DNA from: Flectonema sp. DT1601
Taxonomy: Eukaryota
Length of the DNA: 64,000 nt
NCBI GenBank assembly: GCA_964019425.1
Contig: OZ025790.1
Span: 124,001 to 188,000 of the forward strand
Direction of reading: 5' to 3'
Of the stretch, positions 57,787 through 64,000 are shown one piece after another (the first letter of the stretch is position 1; every line of letters starts with the position of its first letter). Made by a program: the position numbers and the translations under genes. The notes beneath the pieces were generated by a model. It did no database searches. It had not been told where the DNA came from and saw nothing but the letters and a program-made list of their open reading frames with translations.

Positions 57787-59771
57787 TCAAAAATCCAACT
57801 GAAATGAGAATTTTACAGCGGCACCATTTGGAAGTGAATGCCTACCGTTAAGCTCAGCACATGTCAAAAAAGCCTCCTCAGAAGATGAGAAAACTACTTG
57901 CAAAGTTGAAGAATCAATTGACGTTAGTGAAACTGGACTAAACAGTGAAGATACAAGAGATTTCGCTGCCTCCAGGTCCTCAAAGGGTATGTCGTGCATA
58001 ATGAGGCAAGGTGATGGTGCTGACGAATCCGCAAACACACTCGGAACAGGACGTTCGCTAGCTGTGCACATAAAACGTGCCAGACCACTCTTTGATCCTC
58101 TCCAGTTAAGAGCATTTGAGTTCGTTGATGCTTTTACTTGTAAAGTCATTTTCCCAATAGTACTTTGGTTTAGTGATTTGATAGCAGTATTCGCATAGGA
58201 GTTATTCTTGTATTGGATAAGAGCATAGCCGTCTCTCTTTTGTAATAATTTTACAGCCACGATTTCTCCGTAGATTCCAACTACCCCCCACAAATCCTCA
58301 GCAGATAATTCCTTTTCCATAACAGTCGTTAATCCAGTAACAAGGATGCAATCGCCTACCTTACCAAGTCCTCCGGTTGAAGGTATTTTCCATTGGTCAC
58401 TTTCTTCCAATTGCTTTGGATCAAGCCAACCAGATGCTGTGGGTAGAGCTACTCCCCATAAGAATTCTCTCATTTCCCATCCTTTCTCTTGGGCAACAGA
58501 TTCCAAATCCGATTTCGTAATTTCATTCAGGTCTCTATTTTGTTGACTAAACTCCTTGTTGCGATCATCAGGCTGTTTTTTTTTTATTTTATTTTTTTTT
58601 CGAAGAAGAAAAACTATTCAGATCGAAAATGACAACATACCTTTGGAAATGTTAACTGAATATGACTCGAAAGCATAATCGCTAACTCAGCAGTACAGTT
58701 AAAATTATCTGTTAACTTACGTCCATTTAAGTATCCCTGTTGTATGATTATTATTTTTCAAAAAATAATTGGCTTTAAAAATAGTACCATAACAGACTTA
58801 AACTGATAAACCTGAAGGAGGTTTACTAGTGCTGTCCGCTTACAGTACTTGTTGAATAATAATATACACACCATTGCGAGAGCAGCCTCCGAAGGAGCCT
58901 CATATTGAACAAGTGCTTGGTTATTCTTATCTCTGCTGAACATTGATATTTTTTGAACGACTCCGAATTGAGAAAATACCCAAAACATTGTTTCCACCGT
59001 GAAGTTAGAACCGTCACCTCTCAGTACCACTAATAAGACACACCCAGAAGGTTTATTCTCTTCGATTTGAACAAATGATCGAGGTCGAGTTCTGTTTTGC
59101 TGACCTCGCTGGACCCCTTGTTGGTGTTGATGTTGATGGTGGTGGTGGTGGTGGTGGTGGTGGTGGTGGTGGTGGTGATGTTGGTGTTGGTGTTGATGCT
59201 GTGGTTGCTGTCTTTGATTATAATAATTGTTATTTTGAGTATTTCCCAGTTGCTGTTGTTGCTGTTGTTGTTGCTGCTGTTGTTGTTGTTGTTGCCTCAT
59301 TAAGGCTGATAACACGTTGGGATCAACCCCCCTCATTACTAATAGCTGCTGTAGCATATTAGTTTGAGCAACTTGGTTCTGATATTGTAGTTGTAAATCG
59401 CTCACAGCACCTTGAGGTTCTCCCTTAGTAGAATGGTATCTATGAGTGTTATTATTTAGTTGTTGTTGGTGTTGTTGATGTTGTTGAGAATGACCTTTAA
59501 ACACATCACTCACCTCTAACTGATTCCTCTTTACAACTGCCGTGTTGTCATTCTCATTGTTTTGATCATTGTAATTTCGTTTTCTCTTTTCTTTTATTAA
59601 TTTTAAATTAGTTGCTTTGATTGACCTATCACCATCATCAAGTCTGACAAGCAGTCTTCCGTTTTGTTCTCCAATCACTTTTCCAACTTGTCCGTTGAGT
59701 TCTTTTAAGTTTATTAACCCATCTAATACCACTGAGCACCCCTCAGTAAACCCAGTTTGTGTTAAGTCCAT
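57787..59771 (-). CDS. PTB/hnRNP-L-like multi-RRM RNA-binding protein, three exons (59771-58872, 58736-58641, 58572-57787; ~593 aa)
   Basis: RRM motifs 'VFSQFGVVQKISMF...QALVQY' and 'LWGVVGIYGEIVAVKLL...ALIQY'. Two phase-0 GT-AG introns join the ORFs in frame: ...EAALAM|GYLNGRK...LTFPK|PDDRNKEF. Has polyQ and polyH tracts and an N-terminal 'LDGL...ELNGQVGKV...GRLLVRL...IKATNL' SH3-like motif. Confidence 0.85.
58573..58640 (-). other. GT-AG intron 2 (68 nt) of the RRM gene
   Basis: AAG|GTATGT...AAAAAAAACAG|CCT. Removing it restores the reading frame. Confidence 0.85.
58737..58871 (-). other. GT-AG intron 1 (135 nt) of the RRM gene
   Basis: ATG|GTGTGT...ATACAACAG|GGA. Removing it restores the RRM 'AM-GYLNG' motif. 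Confidence 0.8.
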
Positions 59772-59826
59772 AATTCTTATTCTGTCTTGTGATAAAAGTG
59801 ATATGGGAAAAAAGAATAATAAATAA

Positions 59827-60000
59827 TATTAATTTTAAATTAGTTTGACCTATCACCGTCACCGGCAGTCTTCCATATTTTTTTTCCAACTTGTCCATTG
59901 AGTTCTTTCAAGTTTATCAAGCCATCCAATACTGAACACCCTTCAGTAAACCCAGTTTGTGTTAAGTCCACAATTCTTATTCTGTCTTGTGATAAAAGTG
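59827..60000 (-). pseudogene. Degenerate tandem duplicate of the RRM gene 5' end (copy of ~59595-59800)
   Basis: Aligns to the start region of the RRM gene with several deletions. The ATG has become GTG. Confidence 0.88.
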
Positions 60001-61211
60001 TCAATACTAATTGTGAAACCGAAACGTTTTTTTCTTATGTTGACACCTATGCTGTCCCCCCGAAGAAGATAATAGAGAAGAAGGCAAAGCAATATAATAA
60101 TAATAATTGACATAAAGTACATAACAAACCAATACTGTTTTTTGTTTTTGTTTTTGTTTTTTAATTCTTTTTTTTTTTTTTCCCACTCGGGGTTCTAGTA
60201 AGATGGACATGACAGCCCTCAATATTAATTGTGAAGCCAAAAAAATGGCGCATTTTTTTATTTTTTTTTCTGATTAATCATTATTTTTTATGTTTTTTTC
60301 TTACACCAAAGACTCGAATAAACGAGTGTGACAGTGGAATGTACTGATCCGTTTCTAACTTGGAAGAACAAACAACAAGGAAATTACAGAATCCCATTCA
60401 TCTGTGAGTTGAACGATAAGAAGGGGGAAAAAAAAAGAAAGTATTTATACACGAAAACCGTGAAACCCGACTTTAACTGGGAAGGCTAAAACGAGAGAAA
60501 AAAAAAAAAGAAAAATCGATGCATTTGCAAGAGTCATCACAGAGAAAACTCAATCTTTTGTGCGAAACTCACAAGCAGGGGATCAGTTCCAAATTTCAAT
60601 CTCATGAAGGTAATCATAAGTGATAAAGCAAACACCACCTGATTAGGTAAATATTCTAATTAATAAAAAATATTAAAAAAAAAACTGCCTTTATAATCCT
60701 TATTCTACAGCATTAGCAGCCCTCAAATTTTTTTTTTTTCCAGATTTTTTTCAACCCACACCGGAGGCTCACTGCTCGATTTTTTGGGCGTAAAATACAA
60801 ATGTATTGTATCATAAACAACATAACGAATTTTACACCAGTGTTAGATACAGTGACCACCGGGGGCGAAGGCAAGCTCTGGGAGTATGTTGACATTCATC
60901 AAGCCATACCCACACTTTTTCCCTTTGCCAAGTTTTTTGAAAAATGCCAAAAAAAAAAATACGAGGGGGAAAAAAAAAAAAAAAAAAAAAATTAGGAGTT
61001 AAAAGTAAACCCCGAACTTAATATTAATTCCATTGTGATTGAGAGAAAACATATCTACTGCTAAACAACAAAAAAAAAAAAAAAAAAAAAAAAAACGTAT
61101 CAGTTAAAATTATTTTTTGCGACCAAAAAAAACACCACTTTCTCACTGCCTGAGCAAGAGGTTTACACAACACGATATTTTTGCTCGATTTTTTTTTTTC
61201 CCAGAACGAGG

Positions 61212-61511
61212 ATGGCAGCAATATAAACATGCTTTCCTGCAGGGCGTGGTGAAGGACCATGGGATTCTGAGGGTCACCAACGGAAGAAGTTTGCTCTTGA
61301 CATTGGGCGCTCTGTACATCGCTACAATTTGAGACTTAATTTCCTACCTGACATTACCGACATATCCCCTAGACACGGAGAGATAATCTTGATCGGTATC
61401 CGTAGTAACTTCTCCTCCTTCCGTTCGTTGTGTGAATGGTTATCAGAATGTGGAATAATTTTGACTGATATACGGATTGAAAAAGAAAAACGAAAAGATT
61501 TCTACCATTGA
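61212..61511 (+). pseudogene. Possible DDE transposase remnant
   Basis: The + frame reads MAAI*TCFPAGRGEGPWDSEGHQRKK...LIGIRSNFSSF. This resembles the 'W.FF...HGKGP.D..G...KR' and 'I.G.RS.H.F' motifs of Sola-type eukaryotic transposases. It has an in-frame stop and lies opposite to the gene strand. Confidence 0.4.
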
Positions 61512-61526
61512 GCACCCATTGACTAT

Positions 61527-63005
61527 CTAATCAATATGAGGCGGTGAGTAAGGTCGATCCATTTCATAATCAACAGAACTTCCGAAAGTTGTAGTAGCGA
61601 CATATGGAACATCGCCACGAGATGACGCTGTCCGTTTACGATAAATATAAATAGCAACAACAATAAGATCAATCAACAGAAATGCTATGATTCCATAAGC
61701 CCACTTAGGAAATGATGATGACGATGAAGGTTGAGATAAAGGTGAGGGTGACTCAGTTGTATTAGACCCCGGCACAGAAGTGTTCGCACTATCAACTATC
61801 GGTGTGATTGCGGCTGTTGGCTTGTTCGTTTCAGGAGCATATGTCAACGGGGCTGGGGTTACAGGAGCAAGCGTATGCTGCAGTATATTATAATGCTGTA
61901 CAAAAGAAGCTCCAATTCCATGCCACAGGACAGAAAACCCACCAACATCACCGAAATTCAACCCAATCACTAAACCAGAGAATTGCTCACTTTCATAGTG
62001 ATCTTTAATTAAGAACTGGTACTCACTCACAAGTTGGTAATCATTTTGATTATCTGAAACTCTTAATAGTCTTCCGGTAAGTTCAGTTGATTGCTCTGTC
62101 TCTGTTAGTACTAAACCATTGAAGACTGTTGGGATAGAAGCGATGTGAATGTCACTCAATTCCTCTTTAGAAATCATCATTGCATTATCAACCGATGCTG
62201 TCACATTACTAACTGAAAAGAGTTGAACAAAAGTACCAGCATCTCCTGTCCAATACACAGCTACAATCGATTGGTGATGTGTTTTAGCAATCGCAGATAG
62301 TGAAACCTTTTTAACATTATGATCGAAATGTAAATAACTTGAAGTCCCGTCGTTAGCAACAAGTAGTAGTTTCATTATATTATTTTCAGTCACACAGACA
62401 AGTTGTTTCTCCAATGGTTCAATGTACAATGTACTGGATAATTTAACACCTGTTGTAATCACTGACATTGACGAAGTGATAACCGTTCCATTTAAAGTCT
62501 CAATTCTAAACATAAACATACCTGCAGTACTCCCTACTATTACAGAGAAGGCGGATGAATCTGATGGATTTGATGTAAGTCTTGTGACTGAATGTTTGTA
62601 AACAGAACCATCAACAGTAATGTTGGTTGCTGCTGATTCGTTACCTGAAATAACCACAACTTGAATTCCTTCACTTTGTATATAAGACGCGATGATATCT
62701 CTGTTATTGCTGTAGCTGATGCTGCATTTCCTGTCGATTAGAATTTCTGAATCATCAGCGATTCGGATTTTTTCTCCTTCAGGATATCCATTTGCATCGT
62801 ATCGCTGAGCCGCAATCTCTTTCTCTCCATCTTTTGTACCTTGCCACATAGTTACATAGCCTTCTTCTGTTTCTGAGGCGCAAACATTGTGGGCCCATCT
62901 GGTGTGGTATTCCAAATCGTCCTTTATGACGACTTCTCCAGAACAACACAATAACAATCCCAACAACGTCTTCACTACTCTCGTGAATGACGAGATGGCA
63001 TACAT
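61527..63005 (-). CDS. Type I membrane protein (492 aa): signal peptide, beta-rich ectodomain, T-x-A-P mucin-like stalk, TM helix
   Basis: N-terminal hydrophobic LLGLLLCCSG; stalk TLAPVTPAPLTYAPETNKPT; TM WAYGIIAFLLIDLIVVAIYIY followed by RKR. Confidence 0.85.
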   Translation of the reverse strand: MYAISSFTRVVKTLLGLLLCCSGEVVIKDDLEYHTRWAHNVCASETEEGYVTMWQGTKDGEKEIAAQRYDANGYPEGEKIRIADDSEILIDRKCSISYSNNRDIIASYIQSEGIQVVVISGNESAATNITVDGSVYKHSVTRLTSNPSDSSAFSVIVGSTAGMFMFRIETLNGTVITSSMSVITTGVKLSSTLYIEPLEKQLVCVTENNIMKLLLVANDGTSSYLHFDHNVKKVSLSAIAKTHHQSIVAVYWTGDAGTFVQLFSVSNVTASVDNAMMISKEELSDIHIASIPTVFNGLVLTETEQSTELTGRLLRVSDNQNDYQLVSEYQFLIKDHYESEQFSGLVIGLNFGDVGGFSVLWHGIGASFVQHYNILQHTLAPVTPAPLTYAPETNKPTAAITPIVDSANTSVPGSNTTESPSPLSQPSSSSSFPKWAYGIIAFLLIDLIVVAIYIYRKRTASSRGDVPYVATTTFGSSVDYEMDRPYSPPHID

Positions 63006-64000
63006 CAGTGATTATACTGTGGAAGTACAAATTAAAATATTGGATTATATTTACAACACAATGACTTTAATTATCTGTAAGCTGTGTGATGTAAGGAGAA
63101 GGGGTATTAATAATCAACATACATACATCTCAACACTTCATAAAACAATATAAAGTAAACTATTCAAAGGTTTACTGCCAAAACAGGGATGCAGGAGCCG
63201 GGGAAACTCTCCCTCTAGTGCCGAGCACGCGGAAACCAAAAGGGAAAAAAAAAATCCAAACTTCTTCTTCTTCTTCTTCTTCTTCCTTTTTTTTTTTTTT
63301 CCCCCACCTCCCTCCTTTTTATTCTACATGCCCAGCGGGTGGGAAGGTTTCGCGACTCGTGCCTCACGGGTAGGACGTCCATACGCCTCTCCATATCATT
63401 TTCAGGAAGTAAAACGATACTTTGAGGGGGGTGGTTGCACAATCGTTTTCAAGCAGTAAATTTTTAATTTCTTTCCCAGTTACCTTCTCATTTGGTTTTT
63501 TTTTTTTTTTTCCATTCGGGGTTGTTGTACAGTAAACAAGAATAAAAAACAAAAGGGACACGGGTGAGAAAAGGGGACAGATTTGAAGACACTTACATAT
63601 TTTCTTTTCTTTTCCTTTCTTCTCTTCGCCACCCAATCCACTGGGCACCTACAAGCAGACAGTTATCGAACTCCGAATTTGCAGATTTCGACAAAAACAA
63701 TTTAAAAAGAGTTTAGCAAGAGCTACGGCAAAGACATATAAAAGAATTTTTTAAAAAAATGTGCAGAATTTTTTTTTTTTTTTTTTTTGCACGTCATTAA
63801 TTAAATAACAGCTACTCAGACCCCGGCAATAATCAGAGTTTTCATCTTCGCGTAGTTTTTAGTTCCTTCCTAGTAAAAAAAGAAGTGTCCCGTGTTTCTT
63901 CTATTTTCTTTTTTTTTGCGAGGTACCTTGATTGCCACGATTTGCTGTTTGTTTCTTTTTTTCTCTCTCTTTTTTTTTTTTTTTTTCTTTTTTTTTTCGC

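Noticed and set aside
58758..58871. C-terminal 37 aa of the 337-aa ORF as coding sequence
   Set aside because: Better explained as read-through into intron 1; splicing restores the RRM.
59075..59362. Plus-strand poly-G/V/L ORFs
   Set aside because: They are antisense to the polyH/polyQ tract of the RRM gene.

Overview
AT-rich eukaryotic genomic DNA, full of homopolymer runs, with no prokaryotic features. All 13 credible protein genes (plus one possible small ORF) lie on the minus strand, and only one has introns in its CDS. This head-to-tail, intron-poor layout and the gene content (PSP1-domain protein, CCCH proteins, PTB/hnRNP-L-like RRM protein, multi-TM surface protein) suggest a euglenozoan, possibly a diplonemid; this is inference only. 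The main signal is a 22-kb array of four diverged paralogues sharing a ~85-aa module I cannot name: CxHNxWDNVR...TLRCRxCQ, then a CCCH finger, then KQSLxERxxxHG. Each paralogue has a 4-9 kb ORF-free downstream region. Other items: an apparently secreted LanC-like protein; a 1878-aa surface protein with bacterial-type VNDxP Ig/cadherin-like repeats fused to a multi-TM domain; a RING/IBR-like E3 candidate; two non-autonomous TIR elements with exact 9-bp and 6-bp TSDs; a dispersed ~60-130 bp inverted-repeat-plus-hairpin element (about 9 full or partial copies); a possible transposase remnant; a 190-bp tandem repeat; and local duplications. All domain calls come from reading motifs by eye; no searches were run.
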